This document shows positions 37,524 to 50,678 of a stretch of 64,000 nt of DNA, piece by piece. The stretch comes from Guillardia theta CCMP2712 (Eukaryota; Protista; Cryptophyta): contig NW_005434580.1 in the NCBI RefSeq assembly GCF_000315625.1, positions 209,648 through 273,647 of the forward strand. Direction: 5' to 3'. The translations under genes and the position numbers were made by a program. Under the pieces are notes generated by a model that ran no database searches, was not told the DNA's origin, and saw only the letters and a list, made by a program, of their open reading frames with translations. The stretch's first letter is position 1. Every line of letters starts with the position of its first letter.

Positions 37524-38282
37524 CTACACAACCCTCTGCGCGCTCAGCATGCTCGGGCTGACGTTGACTTCTCTCCCGTCGCTAGCGAGCGGAACTACGA
37601 TGTTGGGGACTGAATGATGGCGAGGAGGGAAGCGTGATAGGTTCTTCTGCAGCCTCTCCAGCAGCTCCTTCTGCTGCTCGGTATGCTTGTCCTCGCTGTC
37701 CATCCTCGATCTGCTTGCACTCGGAGTAGCCGTGCTGCCTCCTCCTCCTCCTCCTCCTCCTCCTCCCTTCCCGTAGGTGGCCAACGTCTGATATGCTAAC
37801 CTATTGCGTCGTTGCACATTACTTCGCTCCTCCTCCCTCCCATCACCACCGCCTGCTGCTCTTGCGGGCTCTGCAAGTCGACGCGAGCTGCTCGCGCTCT
37901 TGTCGCTGCTGCCAACCATCTGCTCGAGGTAAGCTGTCTCCGTCCTCCCTCCCAGCATCTTCTTGGCGTCTTGGAGGGTGACAGGGATCTCGAACTTGTG
38001 GTCGCGATCCGTCAGGTAGAGCGTATCCCCATCCTGCATGCTCGCGCTTGCGCTCGTCCTGGAGCTCCTCCCTCCTCCCACGTCTCCCTTCCTCTTGTCT
38101 TGCTGGATGGCGTGGCTGGGATAATGCACAGGCCGCACGGGAGCGGTAGAGATTGGCGTGGAGTATCTCATGTCCCTGCCATCGGACTTGGGATGGCAGA
38201 GCTCGTTGCATGTGAGGGTCCAGATTGAGGATTCAACTCCGACGGCCTTGCGTGATGGCAAAGTGCTTGAGGAGTTTCCCAT
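37524..38282 (-). CDS. Intronless hypothetical protein with a possible N-myristoylation start (MGNSSS)
   Basis: 252-aa ORF with host-like GC and an MGxxxS N-terminus. Confidence 0.6.
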   Translation of the reverse strand: MGNSSSTLPSRKAVGVESSIWTLTCNELCHPKSDGRDMRYSTPISTAPVRPVHYPSHAIQQDKRKGDVGGGRSSRTSASASMQDGDTLYLTDRDHKFEIPVTLQDAKKMLGGRTETAYLEQMVGSSDKSASSSRRLAEPARAAGGGDGREEERSNVQRRNRLAYQTLATYGKGGGGGGGGGGSTATPSASRSRMDSEDKHTEQQKELLERLQKNLSRFPPRHHSVPNIVVPLASDGREVNVSPSMLSAQRVV

Positions 38283-39040
38283 AAGAAATTATTCAGATTT
38301 GTTCCTGCATGAAACTCAGCTCAAAGCCAGCCATGAAACTTATCCCTTGCCTATTCTGCATTGATCCTCTCCTATCATTCGTCTCATTATGTTCATTTTA
38401 ATCTCATTTTCTTGCCTTCCCACTCCTCTCAACGACGAATTCCTTCTTGTACCATAGTTCCAAGTTTGGCTCTGCGCTCAGTTGCTTCCCCCTCCTCTCC
38501 TCCTCTCCTCCTCTCACCCCACCTCCCTTCCCTCTCCTTGATATCCTTGCCATATTTTTTTCTCCTTCCTCTCCTCTCTCCCTCCTTCCTCTCCGTCATT
38601 GTCCATCTTGTCGCTAGTTTCTTGCTCATTTTTCTCCTCTCCCTCGGAGTCCTCCCGCACGGACCCCCCACCCCCTCACTTGGAAAACCTCCGTTATCCG
38701 AACTCGAGTCGCACACCAGTACCCCATCCATGCCTTGTAAAAACACCCGTACAAGGACTTTCAAGATCTCCGTACCCCCTCGCTTTAAGGGTAACTACCC
38801 CCCCTTTTAGCGGTCAAAGTCATCGGCGGAGCGGAGGACCCCTACCCCCTTGGTGAGTGCAGAGTGAAAGCGGCCGGTCATTGTGATAATGACTACTACT
38901 GGCTGCTTGAGCTAAACCTGATGAGAAACTAAACCATATGAACTAAACTCAGTGGGGGGTCACGTACAACAAGGACAACCACAATTCACAACATTTACAA
39001 CTTTCGGGTAGTTTCTAAACTGACAGTTTGTACCAGAGCC

Positions 39041-42000
39041 CTAACTGTTAACAGTATACCGGACCCACCTACTGTTCAGCACATAGTCAGCACGAGCTTG
39101 GGCTGCGCCTTCTCCTTCCAACTGCGGACACGTAAGACAATTAGGGCAGCAACAGCCACAGGGGCAAAATAGCAAGGAATACTTGATGAAGATCTGTTGT
39201 ATGATGTACTTCTCGCTCTTCCCCTGTAGATGTAGAATTCTAAGACAAGCCAAGCAGTGTAAGTTTGAAGAAAAATGGCCCTGAGTTGTTTCTTACCCTT
39301 TCGTGATCACCGTCAATCTGATGACATATCGACTCCACCCTTTGGTACGAATCAGATAAGACAAGACAAGACAAGACAAGACAAGACAAGACAAGGTTGA
39401 TTACCTAGGTATGCTTCCTCCATCAATGTTCTCCCCGACTTTGACGTCCAGAAATGACTCAAGTTTTCCTTGTTCAGAAGCAGTGCCTCCTCCTTGTCGA
39501 GTTCCTGCCGAATCTCCCAAGATCACAGTCTCATCGTTCAGTTCACAATGACTTACCTGCATTGACTCCAAACCTGAGGGACCGGATGGGATGGAGACGA
39601 AGACGTCCCGAATCGAGATATCTGACTTGGCACTGCAGCACCAATGGTTCCGTTTGGTCTTGAAGAATTTCTTGTTGGACAGTTGGAAGCAGTCTGACTT
39701 CAATGCAAGAATGCTGTCGAACTGCTGCAAGCTATGAGCACATTCTACCTGGCAATCCAAGACCAAATGCATCCTGGCATTCCCTGGAAATGAGATCCGA
39801 TCGATCTCAACGGAGAAGATCTTGGCCAAATCCAAGAGCACTCGGCCTCTGATTTCTTGCATGTCGAACGACGAGGGTTTGGCTAGATCAAAGAAAATAG
39901 AGAAAGTAGCGGAGTCCACGGCCAGACTTGTAGCTCCGCCTGATTCCCAGGCCTCCCACACGCTTTCATGTCTGAGTTGTGAAATGACGGATGTAAAATG
40001 AGACCACCGATCAAAACACTGCCGCTCCAGCGGAGACACCCACCGCCCGATCACCATCATCAAAACAGAGTTGCGGTATCGTAAATACGATATGACGTCA
40101 AAAAAGTGGTCGAAGGCCGCCGCCAGCTTCGTGTGTAGCATGCGGTCGATCACCCGCCTGCATAGATCCCTCCGGTCCTTGCACTGCCTGACCCGCTCTA
40201 CGAAGGAGTCGAACGCCGTCGCCAGCTGGATGTGGAACATCCGTAGCACCACCCGCCGGCTGATCTCGGTACGGCGGTCCTGCTCTCTCCTCACATAGTC
40301 TTGGTTCAGGCTGACCTCGTTGCGTAGTGAAAGTAACTGCTCGTGAAGCCTTTCCTGCGCCTCTTCCTTCTCGCAAGCTCGCATATACTCTACGTAGTCC
40401 AGCCAGCGGTCGAAGCACTGCCGCTCCAGCGGAGACACCCACCGCCCGATCACGTTCGCAATCACCTTCTTTTGAGCTTGAGACTTGTCAATCATCTCCC
40501 TGAAGCGGTCGAAGGCCGCCGCCAGCTTTGTGTGTAGCATGCGGTCGATCACCCGCCTGCATAGATCCCTCCGGTCCTTGCACTGCCTGACCCGCTCTAC
40601 GAAGGAGTCAAACGCCGTCGCCAGCTGGATGTGGAACATCCGTAGCACCACCCGCCGGCTGATCTCGGTACGGCGGTCCTGCTCTCTCCTGACGTAGTCT
40701 TGGTTCAGGCTGACCTCGTTGCGTAGTGAAAGTAACTGCTCGTGAAGCCTTTCCTGCGCCTCTTCCTTCTCGCAAGCTCGCATATACTCTACGTAGTCCA
40801 GCCAGCGGTCGAAGCACTGCCGCTCCAGCGGAGACACCCACCGCCCGATCACGTTCGCAATCACCTTCTTTTGAGCTTGAGACTTGTCAATCATCTCCCT
40901 GAAGCGGTCGAAGGCCGCCGCCAGCTTGGTGTGTAGCATGCGGTCGATCACCCGCCTGCATAGATCCCTCCGGTCCTTGCACTGCCTGACCCGCTCTACG
41001 AACGATTGAAACGCAGTTGACAGTTGCAGGTTCATCATTCGATGCAAGATCTTTTTAACGGAATCCATCTTGCTTGCTTGTATGCGTGAGATAGATTCTT
41101 CAAAATGTTCCTTCATGCTTTGAATTGTTTGTTTCAATTGATCAGTGGCGTCTTCATGTCTTGATCGCTTGGAAAGTTCTTTGTATTCTATCCAGCGGTC
41201 GAAGCACTGCCGCTCGAGTGGGGTCAACCAATGAGAAAGTGCTGAATGCAAAGCATTTCGTTGATATGCACAATTTTGACAGCCTTCAACAAAGTGGTCA
41301 AAGGCCGCCGCCAGCTTCGTGTGTAGCATGCGGTCGATCACCCGCCTGCATAGATCCCTCCGGTCCTTGCACTGCCTGACCCGCTCTGCGAAGGAGTCGA
41401 ACGCCGTCGCCAGCTGGATGTGGAACATCCGTAGCACCACCCGCCGGCTGATCTCTGTCCTTCGCTGAATCTCAGAATCTAACGCATCTTTACGTGTGGA
41501 TACTTCCAAAGCGAAATCATTTTGAATTTTGCTTTGCGCCTCTTCCTTCTCGCAAGCTCGCATATACTCTACGTAGTCCAGCCAGCGGTCGAAGCACTGC
41601 CGCTCCAGCGGAGACACCCACCGCCCGATCACGTTCGCAATTACCGTCCTCTTTGCTCTCAGACCTTTCGTGGCCTCGACAAACCGATCGAAGGCCGCCG
41701 CCAGCTTCGTGTGTAGCATGCGGTCGATCACCCGCCTGCATAGATCCCTCCGGTCCTTACACTGCCTGACCCGCTCTACGAAGGAGTCGAACGCCGTCGC
41801 CAGCTGGATGTGGAACATCCGTAGCACCACCCGCCGGCTGATCTCGGTACGGCGGTCCTGCTCTCTCCTCACATATCTTTACGTGTGGATACTTCCAAAG
41901 CGAAATCATTTTGAATTTTGCTTTGCGCCTCTTCCTTCTCGCAAGCTCGCATATACTCTACGTAGTCCAGCCAGCGGTCGAAGCACTGCCGCTCCAGCGG

Positions 42001-45000
42001 AGACACCCACCGCCCGATCACGTTCGCAATCACCTTCTTTTGAGCTTGAGACTTGTCAATCATCTCCCTGAAGCGGTCGAAGGCCGCCGCCAGCTTCGTG
42101 TGTAGCATGCGGTCGATCACCCGCCTGCATAGATCCCTCCGGTCCTTGCACTGCCTGACCCGCTCTACGAAGGAGTCGAACGCCGTCGCCAGCTGGATGT
42201 GGAACATCCGTAGCACCACCCGCCGGCTGATCTCGGTACGGCGGTCCTGCTCTCTCCTGACGTAGTCTTGGTTCAGGCTGACCTCGAGCTCGAGCTCTTT
42301 TTTCAGCCTTTCCTGCGCCTCTTCCTTCTCGCAAGCTTGCATATACTCTACGTAGTCCAGCCAGCGGTCGAAGCACTGCCGCTCCAGCGGAGACACCCAC
42401 CGCCCGATCACGTTCGCAATCACCTTCTTTTGAGCTTGAGACTTGTCAATCATCTCCCTGAAGCGGTCGAAGGCCGCCGCCAGCTTTGTGTGTAGCATGC
42501 GGTCGATCACCCGCCTGCATAGATCCCTCCGGTCCTTGCACTGCCTGACCCGCTCTACGAAGGAGTCGAACGCCGTCGCCAGCTGGATGTGGAACATCCG
42601 TAGCACCACCCGCCGGCTGATCTCGGTACGGCGGTCCTGCTCTCTCCTGACGTAGTCTTGGTTCAGGCTGACCTCGTTGCGTAGTGAAAGTAACTGCTCG
42701 TGAAGCCTTTCCTGCGCCTCTTCCTTCTCGCAAGCTCGCATATACTCTACGTAGTCCAGCCAGCGGTCGAAGCACTGCCGCTCCAGCGGAGACACCCACC
42801 GCCCGATCACGTTCGCAATCACCTTCTTTTGAGCTTGAGACTTGTCAATCATCTCCCTGAAGCGGTCGAAGGCCGCCGCCAGCTTGGTGTGTAGCATGCG
42901 GTCGATCACCCGCCTGCATAGATCCCTCCGGTCCTTGCACTGCCTGACCCGCTCTACGAACGATTGAAACGCAGTTGACAGTTGCAGGTTCATCATTCGA
43001 TGCAAGATCTTTTTAACGGAATCCATCTTGCTTGCTTGTATGCGTGAGATAGATTCTTCAAAATGTTCCTTCATGCTTTGAATTGTTTGTTTCAATTGAT
43101 CAGTGGCGTCTTCATGTCTTGATCGCTTGGAAAGTTCTTTGTATTCTATCCAGCGGTCGAAGCACTGCCGCTCCAGCGGAGACACCCACCGCCCGATCAC
43201 GTTCGCAATTACCGTCCTATGCACAATTTTGACAGCCTTCAACAAAGTGGTCAAAGGCCGCCGCCAGCTTCGTGTGTAGCATGCGGTCGATCACCCGCCT
43301 GCATAGATCCCTCCGGTCCTTGCACTGCCTGACCCGCTCTACGAAGGAGTCGAACGCCGTCGCCAGCTGGATGTGGAACATCCGTAGCACCACCCGCCGG
43401 CTGATCTCGGTACGGCGGTCCTGCTCTCTCCTGACGTAGTCTTGGTTCAGGCTGACCTCGAGCTCGAGCTCTTTTTTCAGCCTTTCCTGCGCCTCTTCCT
43501 TCTCGCAAGCTCGCATATACTCTACGTAGTCCAGCCAGCGGTCGAAGCACTGCCGCTCCAGCGGAGACACCCACCGCCCGATCACGTTCGCAATCACCTT
43601 CTTTTGAGCTTGAGACTTGTCAATCATCTCCCTGAAGCGGTCGAAGGCCGCCGCCAGCTTGGTGTGTAGCATGCGGTCGATCACCCGCCTGCATAGATCC
43701 CTCCGGTCCTTGCACTGCCTGACCCGCTCTACGAAGGAGTCGAACGCCGTCGCCAGCTGGATGTGCAGCATTCTTTTGATCATTTTCTGACTCACATTTA
43801 CAAGACGATTGTGTATCCATTCTGATTTGCTGGAGAAATGATTGATGTCAGACTTCAGCTGTGATTCTTTGTCTTCCAAAATCTTTGACTCAGCCTCTGT
43901 GTGCCACGATAACAACAGCCTTCTCATTGAATTGCCTTCTTTCTTCTTCTGAATTTTGTGCTCGATTGTCTTGAGGGATACCTTTTGCAATTTAAAGGAT
44001 TTCCATGCCCAGAGGGAGGATCGGATCATTCTTCTCAAATATACTATGTAGTACTTGATATCTCGTGATCTCCAGCTGCGAAGTGCTTTTGTATTGACTC
44101 TCCATCGACCGAAGAAGATGCTGATTGTCAAACAACCTCTCAATATTCTTTTGAGTAGCTTTAGCTGCAGAGACTTGCGATGCACATCTTCGAGTTTGCT
44201 CACGACCACTTTGAAAGCCGATGCCAATCTGCATCGCTGCGATCGTGATTCAATCAAATTTGCCTTGACATCCAGCATCCGCTCTTGAAGAATTACACCT
44301 TGCAACGTTCAAATTCATCATCTCAGCTTGACACTCTTTTTAATATCACCTGACCACTTTTTGAAGGTCGTCACAAGCCTTCCGAATTCACAAGATTTTT
44401 TTTTTGTATCAGCAAGTCGCCTGCTTCTCTGATTGCTTTTAAAGAATTCGTTGGAGATGACGTGTTGCGACGATTCTTTTGTCAAGCTCTGCCTTCTTTT
44501 GAGCGCATTTCTTTGAAAAAAGATTAGAAATTTAAATAGATAGGGGATAACAAAGTTCACCGAATCATAGTTTGGCGGTATTCTTCTAAACTCCGCTTTG
44601 CCTCTTCCAATTCTTGTTGCAAGCAATGATGCTTCGCAAGAAATGATTTTCTTTCATTCTCATAGGTCTTGAGTGTGGCTTCATTCAATGTCAATTTTCG
44701 TCTGAGTATAATTTGTTCGGTCTCAAGAATTTCCAACAATTTTTGCTGATCTGCAAATTATTGTGAGCACTAGAAATTTTTCAATTATGCACAATGAACC
44801 GTCTCCATTCTGTAGCTCTGACTTGATTTCCTTTGAACCGTTGCTAATTCGGCCTTGTTCTAACACCTTTGAACATTTGTCAACAATACCATCCAACCCA
44901 TATCGAAATTGTACTTGTTGCGTTGTCCTGAGCCTTTCTATCTGCAAGAATAATTCAACAACAGTGCAAAGTAAATCAATCTAGTTCCCTACTTCTTGCA

Positions 45001-45516
45001 GCATATCGTTCTTCTCAATTTGAAAATCTTTCGCTTGAACATTGAGCTGCTGAGTCAATGTTGAGTTCAAAACCTTTTGGTGATGCAATTCATTGCTGAC
45101 TTGGAGAAGAGATGTTCTGTTGCGTTCTGATTCTTCCAGGATCATCCTGGTAGAATCCAACTCTTGTTCCAAGTTCTTGATCTTCAATTCCAATTCACTA
45201 GCATAGGTCAAAAGCTTATAATTCCCATCTGCACGAAGCGCCTCTAGCAGAGCAACCCTGTCGCTTTCCAACTCCGAGATCTTGAACATCGCATCTTCAT
45301 AGCTCTTTCTGAGCTGATCGTAGTCATTCAAAGTGTCTTCTAACTTGTGTCGAACATACTTGATCGCTTTCCTTGCATGCTCTGATAGCAGTTTGAGAAG
45401 CAAAGGTGAGGGTCTGAAAGCGAGCATTGGGAGAATCTCACCATCTTCGTAGCCTTGAGATTTGTTGACAATTTTTTGGATTTGATACGAAGCAAGGGAA
45501 AGTAAAGTTCCTGCAT
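39041..45516 (-). CDS. Large coiled-coil protein with Sfi1-like (centrin-binding-type) ~33-aa repeats; two apparent frameshifts (~43220, ~41872)
   Basis: N-terminal coiled-coil exons at 44300-45516. ORFs 43217-44305, 41869-43254 and 39401-41872 carry repeats LATAFDSF../LAAAFDRF../LERQCFDRW.. at 33-aa spacing, within 390/399-bp near-identical super-repeats. Ends approximate. Confidence 0.65.
40000..43765 (-). repeat. Intragenic 390-399-bp tandem repeat array (~9 units)
   Basis: Identical text 399 bp apart (40343 vs 40742) and 390 bp apart (42053 vs 42443). Confidence 0.95.
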
Positions 45517-46499
45517 GCTTCTTTCAGGAAACCAAAGAAAAATGGAGGAAAGGCTCTCTCAGGCAGTTGTGTAAACCTCACTTCCGAAAACGATCAACAG
45601 CGTTGAACGCTTACAACCACACTTTCATCCCGTCTGCATCGCTACCTAGCTCAGACTGACATGATTCATTTCAGTTCGTCAGTTAGTGTATTATCTACAT
45701 TCTTAAAACTCCCTAACAACCCTTGATTGAAACGTCCCTCAAAATCCCGCCCAAAAAACCATGCTAAACACTTCAAGTAAAGGAGCTTCAAAACAACATG
45801 CTTCTCAGCATCGCAGGCAGCTGTTCAGAAGGAGCTCTTCACTTCACCTGCATCAAGTTGTCCAAGACAGGCTTCCACCTCCTCATCCCTCGCGCCATGA
45901 AGCAGCCCAGCCAATTCCTCTACCTTGCCCATGGCCGTCTTTCCGTCTGCCCAATGATCACTACTTGACCCCTCCCTTGAGTCCACCACCGATATATTAC
46001 CTCAACCACCGGTACATGCTATTTACCAAAGTACCCCTCTTTGAAAGAGTATGTACCCCGTTCTTTCTTCGATCACCCCACCCCTAGTCGGTGTCAAGTT
46101 AGTACCCTACCCTCCGCATTTAGTCTAGGGGTCGGGATCTGACCCATCGGTGTCCTCAGGTCACCACAATTCACTGCCCCCGAACCCCCCTGGGGCAGTA
46201 CCCCTCTTATCCCCCTTGCCGTAGCGCAGGGGTCATTGATTGGTATCACCCACCCTTTCTATAGTGGATTTCGTATGAAAGATGGGGGTACTTGACATAG
46301 CAGGTGACAACCGTTGCATGTCAAACCCTGACAAACCACATCTCGATATTTCAGTCAACAAATAAGATCAAGCTTGCCTCAGAGTTTGTCGATCTTTTCA
46401 GTGGCATACTACTTCCTAGTTCGCCGAAGGCCTTTCTTCCCTTCACTGCAGGTACGGATGGTCTTCTTCATGTTCCGACTCAGACGCTTTGCGGTTGCT

Positions 46500-47180
46500 C
46501 TGGTACCTGGACAGTGAAGCGGCCAGGGTCCCCATACACCGCCTCCCGGAGTCCTGAGCGCGGCGCATCCATCCCACTCCGCTGACGGTCACGGGTTGGT
46601 ATAGCGGTTTTTGCTGCCTCCTTCGTTTCCTTGGCATTTTATTGAGGCGGCCGGGTTTGTAGCCCGGCGGGCTTTATCCTCCCCCTGTGATCATCCGATG
46701 ATCGGATCTTTCACTTAACTTTGAGTAAAGGTCGCATGGCCTGTCGGCGGCGGCCACCGCGACATCGCTGGCATGGCCGCGCGGGGGACTTGTCCTGCGC
46801 GCCGTTAAGTGAAGGTATCAGTTAAGTTTGGGGGACAGCAGTCGGCAGGTTTAGGTTTGGTTCTCGCTGTCTTTTCTCTTCTCGCCGTTTGGCCTGTGCG
46901 ACAGTGAGTGTCAGGGTCAAGCCTCCTCGACTCTCCTGATTGTCCTCGTACTGATTTTTAACTTAACTTTGAGTAAAGAGAAGACGGGGGGCCCATGAGA
47001 GGCCTTAAAAAATTCACTTTGCCAAGTTGGGGGGCAGCAGTCACTGAGTGGGCATCCGTTCCGGCTCCGGGAGTCCCCCCGGCCCGGCCCGACCGTATCG
47101 GACGGCGGCCGCCGGTCCCGGCGCCGCTCAGAGGCCGGCGAGCTGGCCCGGGGCCGAGTACTGAGCAGCCTCCAGCTACC
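46500..47180. promoter_or_regulatory. GC/CCGG-rich divergent intergenic island containing the dispersed repeat
   Basis: Lies between the minus ATG at ~45516 and the plus ATG at 47347. Two direct copies of ACTTAACTTTGAGTAAAG (46713-46730, 46961-46978) bracket the repeat, and the flanks are GTACCCC-rich. Confidence 0.45.
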
Positions 47181-47346
47181 CCCACCCCCCAACACCGACT
47201 CCGAACTCTCGTCTACCCCATCGTGTAACTCCTACCCCCCCATCTGACCATCTACACTACCCAATGAATCCTCTTACAGTACCCCCTAAATCCTACATAC
47301 CCCTACCTTTACTTTTAATCCATCGGGTTCTGCCACATCCCTAGCA

Positions 47347-49496
47347 ATGCCGTCGGGGAGGGGGGCACGGGAGCGACGGCGACAAGCGCGGGAGCATCTG
47401 CAGCAGAAATATGCAGAGGAGATGAACAGGGAAGAAGTATCATACCCTTCCTCCCTCCAGCCTCCCCTGCCGACTCCATCTCCTTCTCTTTCCCGAGGCG
47501 ACACGGAGCTTGTCCCCCTTCCTCCTGTTGCTCCTGATCAGCAGAACAGCCCTTTCCCTCCAGCAGAGCATCAGCATGGATCGGACGTTTATTCTGTCTC
47601 TTTTCTCAGGAACAACATGTCAGTTCCATCTCATCTTGCTACAAGCTCAGAATCTTGGGGTGGAATGAGAAGACCGCCCCCACGTGCTCCGGGTTGGGAA
47701 TGGAATGCGACTGAAGGGGAGCAGGACAGGAGTCCAACTGCGCTTGCACATCATTCCTTCATGCAAGTCCATCCAGCCATGATGAGCGAGGAAACCTCTC
47801 ACCATGCGATGGAGGGTTCCATGAACTGCAACCCACCATTCTTCCCTCCCCCCTTCTCACAGCAGTTCCACACCGCGGCGTTCTTTCCTTTTGGCTCTCC
47901 GTCCATTGCAGCCCCGCAGCCTCATCCTTCTCTTCCTATTGATCACCCCCATGGAGTTTTCTTCTATCCTCCTCTTCTTCCTCATCCTCATCCCACAGCT
48001 GCGCAGATCGTCTTTCATGGAGCACCGAACCCGCTTCACCCTCATCCTCTCATGCCTCCTGCGATGCAGGAAACGCACTCCAGCCTGCCAGAGCAGCACA
48101 TGCCATTCCCCGTGCACAACCGACTGTGTCATCCTTATGGCAGCAGCTTCTATGATCCAGTGAGCGGGACAGGATCGTCGACGAGCCTAGAGCCAAACCG
48201 CGACCTGCTAAGAAACGAAGAGAAGCAGGACCACGGGCCCTCTCCACAACAGGTAAGGACATCAGTCCTCCAAACGATGGACGAGCAGGGAGATGGAAGC
48301 AGGAGCACGAAGAAGAGAATCTTGACAAGGAAACCGGAGAGTCCCGATCGGAAACCCTCCAATAGACCGGAGGAGAGGCGAGAGGTCGGACTGAGGAAGG
48401 GATTTCCTCAAGCAGCGGATGCTCTGGATGTCAACAGGAGGCCCCTGATCAACAATGAAGCAAAGAGGAAGAAGCGGGAGGTCCCGACGAAGCAGCGGAG
48501 CGGTCCTCGACCCGGCAACGTTGACGTGCAGTACGACGACCATCTGCCTGAGGACGCGGTGGAGCAGCTGGAGAGGCTGCTGGACGAGGTGGTGAGAGCT
48601 GACAGGGACATGGAGAACCTCTCGCAGGAGCTCCGCGGACTGAATCTCTCCATGGACGGGGAGAGCTGGAGGAGGACGGACGACGAGACTTCCCTGCTCG
48701 AGAGCGGGGAGGAGCGGCTGCTGGCCCTCGACCTCAGCCCTGACTCTCCGATCTTCTCCTTGGACCAAGGGGCTACCCACACATGCCACACGCTCAAGAC
48801 GCACGAGATGCAGGGCGACAGGAGCTTCAACCTCGACGTCTCCGCTGAGTCTGCGTACGCCAGGGAGGTCGAGGAGGGAAGAGGTGACGGTGGTCAGGAC
48901 AGTTTGGAAGAGGGTGTGAGCTTACAGGAAGCCCCGGACCCGGAGGCAGACGCGAGCATGAGAAGAACCCTCCACCGATCGCACAGCGACACCGATGCGC
49001 TCACGTCCCCTTCTCACACGGAAAGCAGCCGGAAACGAGAGCTGAAGAAATCTCGAGCTAGCAAGCGAAGCATGGTGCCCGAGAGCCCCAGGAGCGTAGG
49101 GGATCCGCTGCTAGAGAGCGAGCAAGACCTTCTCCTCGAGTGCTCCACCATCCTCTCATACGAGATGGACAAGCTGAACAGAAGTGGATTCGTGCGATAC
49201 AACGGATTCTTCCCGTGAGTAGCATGTCATGTTCATGTGACGATCGGGCTGCCTGCCTGCCTGCCTGCCTGCTGCCTGCTTTCTGTTTCCGACATGCAGT
49301 TCTGTATCCAACATGCTCACTCATCTTGTCGTTCAGATCGAAGATCAAGAAGCTGGAGAGGATCCTCAATGCTCTGACGCAGGAGGACGACGATCTTAAC
49401 GCCCTTCACATGGAGGTGACCACTAGGATGCAAGTCCCCCCAGCTCTTCTGACCTTGCCATGTACAGCTCCGCAGCACCTTGTACGAGGAGTCTGA
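47347..49496 (+). CDS. Hypothetical Pro/His-rich disordered protein with a short C-terminal coiled coil
   Basis: 623-aa ORF followed by an intron with CCTG repeats and exon SKIKKLERILNALTQEDDDLNALHMEV. Confidence 0.6.
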
Positions 49497-49636
49497 AACC
49501 GTGAGGGCAAGTACCCCATGAGGACATTTTATTGTACATGTTTCAAAATTCTCAACACAACGCATACAAAACCTTTCGTAGCCACAATCAAACTTGCTGA
49601 TGCTCCAAGACTGGCACCTCTCGGTCTCTCAGCTCC

Positions 49637-50678
49637 TCACGAGAGCATCATCACCCGCGTCCTCCACCGGACATCATCTCGCCTCTTGGCATCGGGTGGA
49701 ACATACTCCTTGATCACCTGCCCGCAGCATGACAAGTGGGTTGTCAACGCAGCCTCTCCCTCTACCCACCTGGTTTGCCTCCACTCTGTCCGTCTTTCTC
49801 GGCTGATGGGCAGAGTTTCAGATCACTTGGCAAGGAGTAGCCACGTCCTACCTGATAAACGTCCGTCCACTTCGCGCAGTCACGAACGCTGATGCGCTCG
49901 CGCGTGCGAGGCTTGGAAGAAGGGACCACGTAGTCACTCGTTCCCATGCTGTTCTGTAGAGGATGTGTCGCCTTCCAGATCTGCCTCTCAATCGGCGGCT
50001 GCAAGCTGCTCGGCTTCACGTAACTTCTGCTCTGCCGTGAGCTGGGGAGCGAAACGTCCCAGCACTGAAAGAAGGGTCAGGAAGAGACTTCGGACGGGGA
50101 GGCGGCGAGCTTACCTGCTTCATCTTCATGTATCCTGCCACAGGATCGCTCTTCTTCTGCAGCCTGCCGTACATCTGCGTTGACGGACGGATGACACCGC
50201 TTGAGCATGACTTGACGCTGCTGATCGAACAGACCGACCTCGACAGCTCGTTTGGCGCCTTCGGCTGCCTGCCGCTGTCGGGGACGACATTCTCCTTCTC
50301 CTCTTCACTGCCATCGCCATCATAGTGCATGCCATGCAAGCTCTGTCGGTCCTCTGCCTCCACCTTCCTCTGCCTCTCATACGACGTGTGCGGCCTTCGT
50401 GTACGCAGCATGTTCTTGGCGTCAGCGTACTGGCCGATCTCAGGTTCCTGGGCCTGCTTGCTTACTTTCTGCTTCTCTTGCAGTGGGGCTGGGATGTCTT
50501 CAGCTGCCTTCGAGCGGATTCTTCTCGAAAGTTCTTCTCTGAACTCATCCAGCACATCATCTGGAACCTCCACGTATCCAAGATCGGCCAGATGACTCCG
50601 GACCTGAGCAACGGTATCAACGCGTGAGCGAGCAGCGGGGGATGTACAGACCATCTCTAGAGAAATTTCTTGTGCCAT
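49637..50678 (-). CDS. HYLS1: HYLS1-like centriole/basal-body protein (multi-exon)
   Basis: N-terminal VRSHLADLGYVEVPDDVLDEFREEL. C-terminal HYLS-box-like motifs KKSDPVAGYMKMKQ, DYVVPSSKPR and EYVPPDAKRRDDVRWRTRVMMLS* (stop at 49637). Confidence 0.75.

Noticed and set aside
41860-43260. Programmed ribosomal frameshifting in the Sfi1-like gene
   Set aside because: No slippery heptamer at the junctions, and both are explained as joins of two modules found intact elsewhere in the array.
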